From: Yuukianura sp. NJ FZ-2021
Taxonomy: Eukaryota
NCBI GenBank assembly: GCA_046563655.1
Contig: CM102285.1
Span: forward strand, 3,038,001-3,102,000
Direction: 5' to 3'
Length of the DNA: 64,000 nt
The notes below the pieces were generated by a model. That model saw only the letters and a program-made list of their open reading frames with translations, was not told the DNA's origin and did not search any database. This document shows, one piece after another, positions 12,419 to 22,400 of the stretch (position 1 is the stretch's first letter; each line of letters begins with the position of its first letter). The translations under genes were made by a program, and so were the position numbers.

Positions 12419-15400
12419 TCTCGATTTTCCATTTGAATTCCATCGGATGGATCCTGGTTTGCAATCCGGGCGGTGACGTTGATCTTCTTCCGAGTCATCG
12501 TGAGGTAGATGAGAATTGCCAAAAATAGAAGTATCAACGTGAGTAGGGCAATGAAGGCGATGAACCAGGGCGAGTGCTTGCTTCCCTTGTCTTCCATGGT
12601 GGCGGCTGGACCGACTGGAATATCCTTGGTCGCTTTAACCTTTGCGATGATTTCGTCCAAGTTGAATTTCGGTTGAAGATGCCAGTTAGTCTGGAACGTG
12701 AAAGATGGCGCCAATGTTTCTTCGTGCTCCAACTTGAATTCATTTCCTTTGTAGTACTGGTTGTTGATGTGGAAGTTAGAGGCGAGTGGAAGCAAGAAGG
12801 TTCCGTTTGGGCATTCCTTTGTGACGGAACCAACAGTTATGTTGTTTCCTGCGCAGTAGACGTGGTAGTACTTGTCGAAGTACTTAATTTGAACGAACGA
12901 CGCGGCATCATTCTCATGTTTCGGATCGCATTTTCCCATCGAGAAGAATGAAGACGGGTTTGGAAGTGATCCGCTCGAGACACACTTTGTGTCGGCTAAG
13001 TAAACCATATCTCCCTTGTTGACATTTGTAGTTATGATGCAGTCCTTGTCGGTGGAAATGACAGCGTTCTGTGGTCCGACGTAGTTGATGGTGCATGTCT
13101 CGTTCTCTGTTTGATGCATTTGGACAAAAGCATCGGCTTCCACGAGATGGGCTTGCTTGTTAACGACTGGAACTGTGAAGTCCATGTATAGCTTAGTCTT
13201 GTCGTAGGACATCCAGCAGTTCTGCGGAGTTCCGTGTTGAAGCGGGCAGTCATCTTTGCACGGAAGTGTCAAGTTGAAAAAGTCAAACAAAGGAGCATAG
13301 AGCTTCCTTGTACTCCATTTCCTCCTTGCTTCTTTGATGACTTGATTTCCATAAAGTAGACGGCTTGTGATGTAAGAAATTCCGAAGATGGTGTCTACTT
13401 GCGAAGCTTTCAATGTTTGAAAATCTGATTCGTGTTCTTTCAGATAGTCAGCCAGCGTTTTCAAATTTTGGTTCAGCTCGTTGATCGCGGTTTCTGCTGC
13501 GAGGAGTCGGGCTGCTTCGGCTTCAAGTCGTTTTTCTTGTTCGGCCATTAAGTTCTGGACGTTCAGCAACTCGTTTTTTGTTTGTACTGCAATGACGGTT
13601 CCGGTAATACCGACAGCGATTCCGACAATGGCAGTGATGATGATGGCGCCTGCTATTACCATCAGCGTAACGAATCGTTTGTGCTGTCCAAGTTCACGTT
13701 TGGATTGATGATGAATCTCGGTTCTTTCGGTTCCTGGGCAGAGAATTTGGATTTCATCCAAAAATAGTTCTTTGTATATTTTGTTGCATTTTGTTTGTGC
13801 TGGTATAACAAGATCCGGGTGCATGGTCGAGTTATTGAGTAGTTCACAAGGACTGAGAAGCTTTACCAATAGATGTACTTGATTAATTCCACTTGTAACT
13901 GGAAGCTTCGAGGGCTTCCAAATCACTGGTTGTGTCATCATCCATGCGTTTGTTGTGCAAAACAAACACATGATGATGAGCATAGTCACAAGCCGTGACA
14001 ACTTGCTTGCAACAGGTGGCATAGAAAGTCCAAGTTTTTCCACCATTGAAGAATGTTTTGTTTTCTGAAGCGTTTTTGTAAAGATGTCTGCTTTTTGTTC
14101 CGCTGAGGGAACGTATTTAACTTCAATTGTCTTGTTAGCGGTAAGTTCGCGGATGTAGTGGAATTTAACATCTATGTGCTTGGTCCGTTTGTGAAATTCT
14201 GGATTTTGAGATAGCTTGATGGTACTCTGGTTGTCGACGAAGATCTGCGTGGGGCTGTCTTGCTTAATTCCAAGTTCTTCAATTTGGGCTCTCAACCAGA
14301 CTGCTTCTCTTGAAGCTTCGGCTAAAGCAATGTATTCGGCTTCTGTTGAGGACATTGCTATTATCGGTTGTTTCACTGATTTCCAGCTGATGAGTGAATT
14401 TCCGAGGAAAAAGACGAATCCGCTTGTGGACTTTCGATCATTTTTGTCTCCGGCAAAGTCTGAGTCGGAAAATCCGATTAGTTCCAAGGAGCTCCCTCTT
14501 TCGTAGCTTATTCCAAAGTTTGGAGTTCCGGAGAGATAGCGGAGAATGTTCTTTGCTTGATCCCAATGCGTATTGTCATACGCATTGTTGAATTGTGAGA
14601 GCTTGGATACAGCGTATGCAATGTCAGGGCGAGTCAACCGACTTAGGAATAGTAATGCCCCAATAAGTTGTTGAAACGGCAAGTTCTTAGAGCATTCCTT
14701 CGCGGCTACTAGTTCCACAGTAGGCTGAAGTGGCGTGGATATGGCTTTACATTCTTGCATATTGAATTGAAGGAGTAGCTGCTTCACATATCTTTGCTGG
14801 CAGATGAAGTACCCCTGGTCCCATGTGGTAATTTCCAGACCAACAAAAGTCTCAGCACTGTTGAACGTCAATGTAAAGAATTCCTGAATGCCTTCAACTA
14901 CTTTAAGTGCCATCTTTTGATCTGGTGCAGAGATGAGGCAGTCATCTACGTAGAGTCCCAAGTAGATCGGCTGTTTTGTGCTTGAGGCAATGAAGATGGA
15001 GTTGTCACTTGGAAGGGCTTTGAATCCAAGTGAGGACAAAGCTTGCGTGAATTTCTCATTCCAACATCTTGGGGATTGCTTCAGACCGTACAAACTTTTG
15101 TTTAGTTTGCACACGACGTTTCCATTGACAGTGACACCTTGTGGAACTTCCATGAAAATTTGCTCTTTGAGGTCCCCGTGAAGAAATGCGGTTTTGATGT
15201 CCATTTGCAGTAGAGTGTGTTTCAGAGCAGCTGAGATGGCTAAGATAATTCGAAGCGATTCAAATCTGCATACGGAGGCAAATGTGTCCTCATAGTCGAT
15301 TCCGTACTGTTGTTGGAATCCTCGAGCGACAAGACGAGCTTTGAAGAGCTCAGCGCCATCTGTCCCAGTCTTTATTCGGTAGATCCAGCGGCTATCCAGA

Positions 15401-18400
15401 GTTTTTGTGTTCACTGGTCTTGGGACAATTGTCCATGTCTTGTTAGTCTCATGGCTTTGGATTTCTTCTTTCATTGCTTGAATCCATTGAGCTGAGTCTC
15501 CGCTTTTGATTGCTTCATTGTAGTTCGACGGAGTCTCTCTCACTTGAGCCATATTAGCTTGGTACTTTGTGGGCGTTTTGAGAGATTTTCGATCTCTCAG
15601 TTCCATTTCAAAGGGCTTTTTCTTCTTTCGTAGATCAATTTCAACCGATTTGTTGATCGGAACATTCGTAACAAAATTTCCATCATTGGTTTGGACGCAC
15701 ACTTCCATAGTAGGCGTGGCTTGTATTGCTGAAAGATCCTCAGGATCCATAGGTTCAGTGTCGGCATTGCTGATATCAAGCTCTTCTTCGTCCTCTTCTT
15801 TTACGTCTTCTTCATTACCAAGATCGCTATCTGTCTCCTGCTTTGCGTCTTCCTCGGCCTCTTCCTTAAGGAAAACTTCTGATACAGCTGATCTGATGAT
15901 GACCCGTTGATCCGCAGACTTCTCCTCTTCGCTAAAAGAAACATTTCTGGCTTCCACGATTTGTCGCGTTTCTGGATTGTATAAACGGTACTGGCCATTT
16001 GAATAGCCCACAAAGATCATCTTTTGACTTTTGGGCTTCCAGACAGATCGTTTGCTTGCTGGGATGTGCATATAAGCTGTGCATCCGAACACACGTAAGT
16101 GCGCTAACTTGGGTTTCTTCTTGAAGATTTGCTCGTAAGCGGTAGTTTCGCCAGATTGCCTATTGATGACTCTGTTTAGGACGTAAACAGAGGTCGCTAC
16201 TGCTTCTCCCCACAAATGGATTGGTGTTTTGAACTCTTGAAGAAGAGTTCTGGCTGCCTCTTTAACTGTGCGGATGTCACGTTCTATTTTCCCGTTGGAC
16301 TCGGGACAATAAGCTGAAGAAGTTTCGTGTGTAATTCCGCGATCCGCTAGATGGCTCTGAAGTTCGTCATTGACGAACTCAGTGCCATTATCTGTTCGTA
16401 GTGTTTTGAACGTATTTCCGGTTTTGTTCTCGATGAACTTGATGTAGTCCTGAACGGCTCTTGGTGCTTCTGATTTTTGTTTCAGGAAGTAAACAACTTT
16501 GAATCCGGATGCTTCATCTTTCACTAGGAGGAAGTAGCTTGCACCTCCTAGTGAAGTAACAGCAATTTTTCCACTGAGGTCTGCGTGGGCCATCTCGCCA
16601 ACAAGACAGCTTCGCTTTGAAGTTGATGATGGGAAGGGCTTCCTAGTTTCCTTCCCTAGATGGCAGGCGTCGCAGTTTAACTTTGCTCGTTCGCTGAAGT
16701 TCTTGATTCCCGTGGCTGCTTCGTTTTGGATCGTGGCTGCAACGTAACTTGAGTTGATATGGCACAAGCGTTTGTGCCATAAGATGCTTTCGTCAATCCT
16801 GGAGTTAAGTGCATGTTGGGCTAGAAGTGGCTTGAAGTCCATGATGTAGAGTCCGTTTTGGAAGTAGGCTGTAGGACCGGGCTCTCCGGTGTCTTTTGTG
16901 AACATTGTTGCTTGGGCGTTTCTAGTGATAACGTACCCCTTCTGTGCCATTATCGTCTCGGAAAACAGATTCGATGCGTTTGGGATGTAGAGTACTTCTT
17001 CAATAATTTTCTTTTCGAATTTGCCACCAATTTTTGCTTCCACGAGAATATCACCTTGTCCAAGGGCTTGGACTGGTGAGCCTGACGTTTGGTGAACTTC
17101 TTTCTTAATTAAGAAAGGCTCATAAGAAGTGAAAAAATCTTTATTGCCACAAATGTGTTGGGAGGCTCCGGAATCGGAATACCACACTAGCTTATCATTA
17201 CTATTGGTATTGGCCATTGCTGCATAGTGTGGTCTCTTGTCTTCTCCTTGGGTGATGACGTTGATTTGCTTCATCTGATTGGCCAGAAGACGTACTTCAG
17301 TCTTCATGCGTAGGTACTTCTGAATGTCGTATCCTGGCGGGATGCCCATCCTTCGCTTCTTTGTGGCTCGGGTTGGCTCTGCTGGTTCTGGATCGGAGTT
17401 CTCCGGCTTCAATGTGCGTATGTTCATGACGTAGAGGCCATCTTTGCGCGTTGCAGTCATGTCGAAGTCACCATTTTGTCCATAGTACTGAGTACTAAAG
17501 TGATTTCTTGAAATTAGATAGCCTTTTGATGTCAGGACGCTTTCAGAGATGATGTTGCGGAAGCCTGGCACAAACCAGACGTGGGTTAGCTTGATGTGGC
17601 AGAATTGAACATCAGCGTCATCTTGGAAATGGCGTGTCGTCTCATTCTGCTTGATGAGGATGTTCACATCTCCGTATCCGGTTGCCTGAGCCTTTTGGCC
17701 ATTAGCCAATTCTACAGTTCTTCGCTGTGAAAATCGCTTGAAATTGAACAGCCATGCCCGATTCCCCGTCATGTGGTGAGAGGCGCCGCTGTCGCTTACC
17801 CAGTCCCCTGGATCGACTATTCCACCTGCCATGAAGGCGGATGCAGATCTGTGCTGCTGTTGGCTTCCTTTTCCGCCATTGTTGCCGCTATGTTGCCCAT
17901 TGTTGCCGTTTTGCTGTCCATTGTTGCCGTTCGATGTTGATGGGCTCCGGCATTCCTTCGCCCAGTGGCCACGGCGTCCACATTTCGCACAATTTGTTCT
18001 CTTTTTGAGCTCCGCAATGTTTGTTTTCTTCTTTCCATTTGTTTGGCACTGGAAGGCTTTGGACGTGCTGGAAGCCGCTTGTGGCTTATTGTTATGCTCC
18101 AGGTCTTCCTGCTTCAGACGGGCGAGCAGATTCGGCATGGTTTGCTCCGCTTGGGTGACGCTGAACCAAGCTTTTCGAAATCCTGTGTATTTGTCTGGAA
18201 GGGCGGTGACAAGTTTTGTGATGACGACAGAGTCATCTACTGGGCTGCCGATGTCTTTCAGATTTCGAGAGAGCTTCTCTAGATCTTCAAAGGCTTCTTG
18301 AAGAGTCTGGCTTTCCTTAATTTTGTAATTAAGGAAGGCTGAGAGCGTAAGTTGCTTGTTGAGCTGGCTGGCGTCCGAGTGAATACTCTTGAGGCGGTCC

Positions 18401-18681
18401 ACAATCTCCTTGGAAGTTTGACAGTTGATCACGTGACTGGTGTTTCGTTCATCAAGAGTTGGGATGACAAGAGCCTGGGCTTCATTGTCCAGTTCATCCC
18501 ATGCTGGCTGGTCCTGGGCTTCAGCGGGGCGTGGCTTCGACCCATCGACGACGCCCATCAACTTGGCTGCTTTCAATATGGCGGTTATCTGGAACCGCCA
18601 CACCTCGTAGTTTTTGTCATTAAGCTTCACGACATGCGTAATGTCGACTTTCTTCTTGGTTGTTGTTGCTGGCGTAGACAT
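12415..18681 (-). CDS. Gag-PR-PR-IN-RT-RH-Env-like polyprotein (2088 aa)
   Basis: Zinc knuckle CAKCGRRGHWAKEC; proteases WVSDSGASHH and WYSDSGASQH; LWHKRLCH..CDAC; integrase HADL/RTDNGTEF/NGKIER; RT LYVDD; RNase H FSDSDF/EAEY/VDNQS/ADIFTK; then signal peptide, fusion-peptide-like segment and TM anchor. Confidence 0.96.
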   Translation of the reverse strand: MSTPATTTKKKVDITHVVKLNDKNYEVWRFQITAILKAAKLMGVVDGSKPRPAEAQDQPAWDELDNEAQALVIPTLDERNTSHVINCQTSKEIVDRLKSIHSDASQLNKQLTLSAFLNYKIKESQTLQEAFEDLEKLSRNLKDIGSPVDDSVVITKLVTALPDKYTGFRKAWFSVTQAEQTMPNLLARLKQEDLEHNNKPQAASSTSKAFQCQTNGKKKTNIAELKKRTNCAKCGRRGHWAKECRSPSTSNGNNGQQNGNNGQHSGNNGGKGSQQQHRSASAFMAGGIVDPGDWVSDSGASHHMTGNRAWLFNFKRFSQRRTVELANGQKAQATGYGDVNILIKQNETTRHFQDDADVQFCHIKLTHVWFVPGFRNIISESVLTSKGYLISRNHFSTQYYGQNGDFDMTATRKDGLYVMNIRTLKPENSDPEPAEPTRATKKRRMGIPPGYDIQKYLRMKTEVRLLANQMKQINVITQGEDKRPHYAAMANTNSNDKLVWYSDSGASQHICGNKDFFTSYEPFLIKKEVHQTSGSPVQALGQGDILVEAKIGGKFEKKIIEEVLYIPNASNLFSETIMAQKGYVITRNAQATMFTKDTGEPGPTAYFQNGLYIMDFKPLLAQHALNSRIDESILWHKRLCHINSSYVAATIQNEAATGIKNFSERAKLNCDACHLGKETRKPFPSSTSKRSCLVGEMAHADLSGKIAVTSLGGASYFLLVKDEASGFKVVYFLKQKSEAPRAVQDYIKFIENKTGNTFKTLRTDNGTEFVNDELQSHLADRGITHETSSAYCPESNGKIERDIRTVKEAARTLLQEFKTPIHLWGEAVATSVYVLNRVINRQSGETTAYEQIFKKKPKLAHLRVFGCTAYMHIPASKRSVWKPKSQKMIFVGYSNGQYRLYNPETRQIVEARNVSFSEEEKSADQRVIIRSAVSEVFLKEEAEEDAKQETDSDLGNEEDVKEEDEEELDISNADTEPMDPEDLSAIQATPTMEVCVQTNDGNFVTNVPINKSVEIDLRKKKKPFEMELRDRKSLKTPTKYQANMAQVRETPSNYNEAIKSGDSAQWIQAMKEEIQSHETNKTWTIVPRPVNTKTLDSRWIYRIKTGTDGAELFKARLVARGFQQQYGIDYEDTFASVCRFESLRIILAISAALKHTLLQMDIKTAFLHGDLKEQIFMEVPQGVTVNGNVVCKLNKSLYGLKQSPRCWNEKFTQALSSLGFKALPSDNSIFIASSTKQPIYLGLYVDDCLISAPDQKMALKVVEGIQEFFTLTFNSAETFVGLEITTWDQGYFICQQRYVKQLLLQFNMQECKAISTPLQPTVELVAAKECSKNLPFQQLIGALLFLSRLTRPDIAYAVSKLSQFNNAYDNTHWDQAKNILRYLSGTPNFGISYERGSSLELIGFSDSDFAGDKNDRKSTSGFVFFLGNSLISWKSVKQPIIAMSSTEAEYIALAEASREAVWLRAQIEELGIKQDSPTQIFVDNQSTIKLSQNPEFHKRTKHIDVKFHYIRELTANKTIEVKYVPSAEQKADIFTKTLQKTKHSSMVEKLGLSMPPVASKLSRLVTMLIIMCLFCTTNAWMMTQPVIWKPSKLPVTSGINQVHLLVKLLSPCELLNNSTMHPDLVIPAQTKCNKIYKELFLDEIQILCPGTERTEIHHQSKRELGQHKRFVTLMVIAGAIIITAIVGIAVGITGTVIAVQTKNELLNVQNLMAEQEKRLEAEAARLLAAETAINELNQNLKTLADYLKEHESDFQTLKASQVDTIFGISYITSRLLYGNQVIKEARRKWSTRKLYAPLFDFFNLTLPCKDDCPLQHGTPQNCWMSYDKTKLYMDFTVPVVNKQAHLVEADAFVQMHQTENETCTINYVGPQNAVISTDKDCIITTNVNKGDMVYLADTKCVSSGSLPNPSSFFSMGKCDPKHENDAASFVQIKYFDKYYHVYCAGNNITVGSVTKECPNGTFLLPLASNFHINNQYYKGNEFKLEHEETLAPSFTFQTNWHLQPKFNLDEIIAKVKATKDIPVGPAATMEDKGSKHSPWFIAFIALLTLILLFLAILIYLTMTRKKINVTARIANQDPSDGIQMENRD

Positions 18682-19045
18682 TTCTTATTGTTTTAAATAT
18701 TGTTCTTATGAAATTTAGAACAATAGGTGGGCTCCGGACACCTTTGACCACAGATACAACTCCGTGTCCAACGTTCCTCTCTAAGTCTCTAAGTCGACCC
18801 GTAGGATTGAGATGATAAGTGTCACTTAGTTACTTGGTGCACAACTAGCCAATTTCTCCCTCCACGCGGGAGGAGCTTTTGACTGTATGCGTAACTTGGA
18901 CAACAAATCTTTTCTCTGCGACTTGTTGAGCAATTAGAGTACAACTGTCAGACTTTGAGTGTACCCGAGCTTTCGGATGAAGAGAGCTTTCCCTATTGTT
19001 CAAAGATCTTGACTTTAAACGTTATTGTTTTAGACAACCTCCTGA

Positions 19046-19055
19046 TCTGCTACCA
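19046..19055 (-). promoter_or_regulatory. Primer binding site, tRNA-iMet type
   Basis: TGGTAGCAGA directly after the 5' LTR, complementary to the 3' end of animal initiator Met tRNA (...UCUGCUACCA). Confidence 0.85.
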
Positions 19056-19440
19056 TGTAGTAAGTAAGAGATTCGGAAGAATACTGATGATTTATTCAGA
19101 GATTCCAGAAATATTTATACTAAGCAAAAAGGTATTGTCCTTAGCTAAGGGTCTGTTTGTAACATAATAAAAGGACAGAAAGTATAAAACTGGAATGGAG
19201 AGCAAAAACAGTTTTTGGGGTCACCTAATGCTATTGCATGGGTGACCGTCATATGAGGACTTTTATGACAGTAAAAGTCCTTGCACTTTTAGAATTTGGA
19301 AAAGGGAGATTGAAAACAAGTCGGCAGATTCTCAAAAGATTTTAAGAAACTGGATCAAAAACAGGATGCTACTTTTATGGTTAGGTCAAGTGACCTGACC
19401 TTAAACTTTTGGAAAAACTGAAACTTATTTTTTAATTACA
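19056..19440 (-). repeat. 5' LTR of the copia element
   Basis: TG...CA bounded, followed on the minus strand by the PBS. Confidence 0.95.
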
Positions 19441-22400
19441 GGATGGCATTGTTGTGAAGTTACATCTTTGACTGCAAACGAGAAGTTCGTATATTGAAGA
19501 AACATGTACTCACGGTAAACGTGAAAATTGAGAAAAAGGGGTCTTGTTTCCAAAGAAAAACCAAAAATTTTTGGTGTGAATTTCAGTGAAATTCAGTTGT
19601 GTGTAAAAATTACAACTCAACTAACTGTATGTTAAAGAGTGCGGGAACCTCCCGCGGAAGGCGTTGTTGTGAAGTTACATCTTTGACTGCAAACGAGAAG
19701 TTCGTTTATTGAAGAAACATGTACTCACGGTAACCGTGAAAATTGAGAAAAAAGGGTCTTGTTTCCACAGAAAAACCAAGAATTTTAGGTGTGAATCTCA
19801 TTGAAATTCAGTTGTGTGTAAAAATTACAACTCAACTAACTGTATGTTAAAGAGTGTGGTAACCTCCCGCGGATGGCATTGTTGTGAAGTTACATCTTTG
19901 ACTGCAAACGTGAAGTTCGTTTATTGAAGAAACATGTACTCACGGTAACCGTGAAAATTGAGAAAAAGGGGTCTTGTTTCCAAAGAAAAACCAAAAATTT
20001 TTGGTGTGAATTTCAGTGAAATTCAGTTGTGTGTAAAAATTACAACTCAACTAACTGTATGTTAAAGAGTGCGGGAACCTCCCGCGGAAGGCATTGTTGT
20101 GAAGTTACATCTTTGACTGCAAACGAGAAGTTCGTATATTGAAGAAACATGTACTCACGGTAGCCGTGAAAATTGAGAAAAAAGGGTCTTGTTTCCACAG
20201 AAAAACCAAAAATTTTGGTGTGAATCTCAGTGAAATTCAGTTGTGTGTAAAAATTACAACTCAACTAACTGTATGCTAAAGAGTGCGGGAACCTCCCGCG
20301 GATGGCATTGTTGTGAAGTTACATCTTTGACTGCAAACGAGAAGTTCGTTTATTGAAGAAACATGTACTCACGGTAACCGTGAAAATTGAGAAAAAGGGT
20401 CTTGTTTCCACAGAAAAACCAAAAATTTTTGGTGTGAATCTCATTGAAATTCAGTTGTGTGTAAAAATTACAACTCAACTAACTGTATGTTAAAGAGTGT
20501 GGTAACCTCCCGCGGATGGCATTGTTGTGAAGTTACATCTTTGACTGCAAACGAGAAGTTCGTTTATTGAAGAAACATGTACTCACGGTAACCGTGAAAA
20601 TTGAGAAAAAAGGGTCTTGTTTCCACAGAAAAACCAAAAATTTTAGGTGTGAATCTGAGTGAAATTCAGTTGTGTGTAAAAATTACAACTCAACTAACTG
20701 TATGTTAAAGAGTGCGGTAACCTCCCGCGGATGGCATTGTTGTGAAGTTACATCTTTGACTGCAAACGAGAAGTTCGTATATTGAAGAAACATGTACTCA
20801 CGGTAAACGTGAAAATTGAGAAAAAGGGGTCTTGTTTCCAAAGAAAAACCAAAAATTTTTGGTGTGAATTTCAGTGAAATTCAGTTGTGTGTAAAAATTA
20901 CAACTCAACTAACTGTATGTTAAAGAGTGCGGGAACCTCCCGCGGCAGGCGTTGTTGTGAAGTTACATCTTTGACTGCAAACGAGAAGTTCGTTTATTGA
21001 AGAAACATGTACTCACGGTAACCGTGAAAATTGAGAAAAAAGGGTCTTGTTTCCACAGAAAAACCAAAAATTTTAGGTGTGAATCTCATTGAAATTCAGT
21101 TGTGTGTAAAAATTACAACTCAACTAACTGTATGTTAAAGAGTGTGGTAACCTCCCGCGGATGGCATTGTTGTGAAGTTACATCTTTGACTGCAAACGTG
21201 AAGTTCGTTTATTGAAGAAACATGTACTCACGGTAACCGTGAAAATTGAGAAAAAAGGGTCTTGTTTCTACAGAAAAACCAAAAATTTTAGGTGTGAATC
21301 TCATTGAAATTCAGTTGTGTGTAAAAATTACAACTCAACTAACTGTATGTTAAAGAGTGTGGTAACTTCCCGCGGATAGCATTGTTGTGAAGTTACATCT
21401 TTGACTGCAAACGTGAAGTTCGTTTATTGAAGAAACATGTACTCACGATAACCGTGAAAATTGAGAAAAAAGGGTCTTGTTTCTACAGAAAAACCAAAAA
21501 TTTTAGGTGTGAATCTCATTGAAATTCAGTTGTGTGTAAAAATTACAACTCAACTAACTGTATGTTAAAGAGTGTGGTAACCTCCCGCGGATGGCATTGT
21601 TGTGAAGTTACATCTTTGACTGCAAACGAGAAGTTCGTTTATTGAAGAAACATGTACTCACGGTAACCGTGAAAATTGAGAAAAAGGGGTCTTGTTTCCA
21701 CAGAAAAATTAAAAATTTTTGGTGTAAATCTCAGTGAAATTCAGTTGTGTGTAAAAATTACAACTCAACTAACTGTATGTTAAAAAGTGCGGTAACCTCC
21801 CGCGGATGGCATTGTTGTGAAGTTACATCTTTGACTGCAAACGAGAAGTTCGTATATTGAAGAAACATGTACTCACGGTAAACGTGAAAATTGAGAAAAA
21901 GGGGTCTTGTTTCCAAAGAAAAACCAAAAATTTTTGGTGTGAATTTCAGTGAAATTCAGTTGTGTGTAAAAATTACAACTCAACTAACTGTATGTTAAAG
22001 AGTGCGGGAACCTCCCGCGGAAGGCATTGTTGTGAAGTTACGTCTTTGACTGCAAACGAGAAGTTCGTATATTGAAGAAACATGTACTCACGGTAGCCGT
22101 GAAAATTGAGAAAAAAGGGTCTTGTTTCCACAGAAAAACCAAAAATTTTGGTGTGAATCTCAGTGAAATTCAGTTGTGTGTAAAAATTACAACTCAACTA
22201 ACTGTATGCTAAAGAGTGCGGGAACCTCCCGCGGATGGCATTGTTGTGAAGTTACATCTTTGACTGCAAACGAGAAGTTCGTTTATTGAAGAAACATGTA
22301 CTCACGGTAACCGTGAAAATTGAGAAAAAGGGGTCTTGTTTCCACAGAAAAACCAAAAATTTTAGGTGTGAATCTCATTGAAATTCAGTTCTGTGTAAAA

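Larger units (their letters stand above)
12023..19440 (-). mobile_element. Full-length Ty1/copia LTR retrotransposon with env-like C-terminal domain
   Basis: 385-bp LTRs at 19056-19440 (5') and 12023-12407 (3') with TG...CA ends; 5-bp TSD GGATG (12018-12022 and 19441-19445); PBS and PPT present; domain order gag-PR-IN-RT-RH is diagnostic of copia. Confidence 0.97.

Noticed and set aside
12534-18696. Antisense and alternate-frame ORFs within the copia element (likewise within the BEL element)
   Set aside because: Short shadows of the long polyprotein ORF with no independent features.
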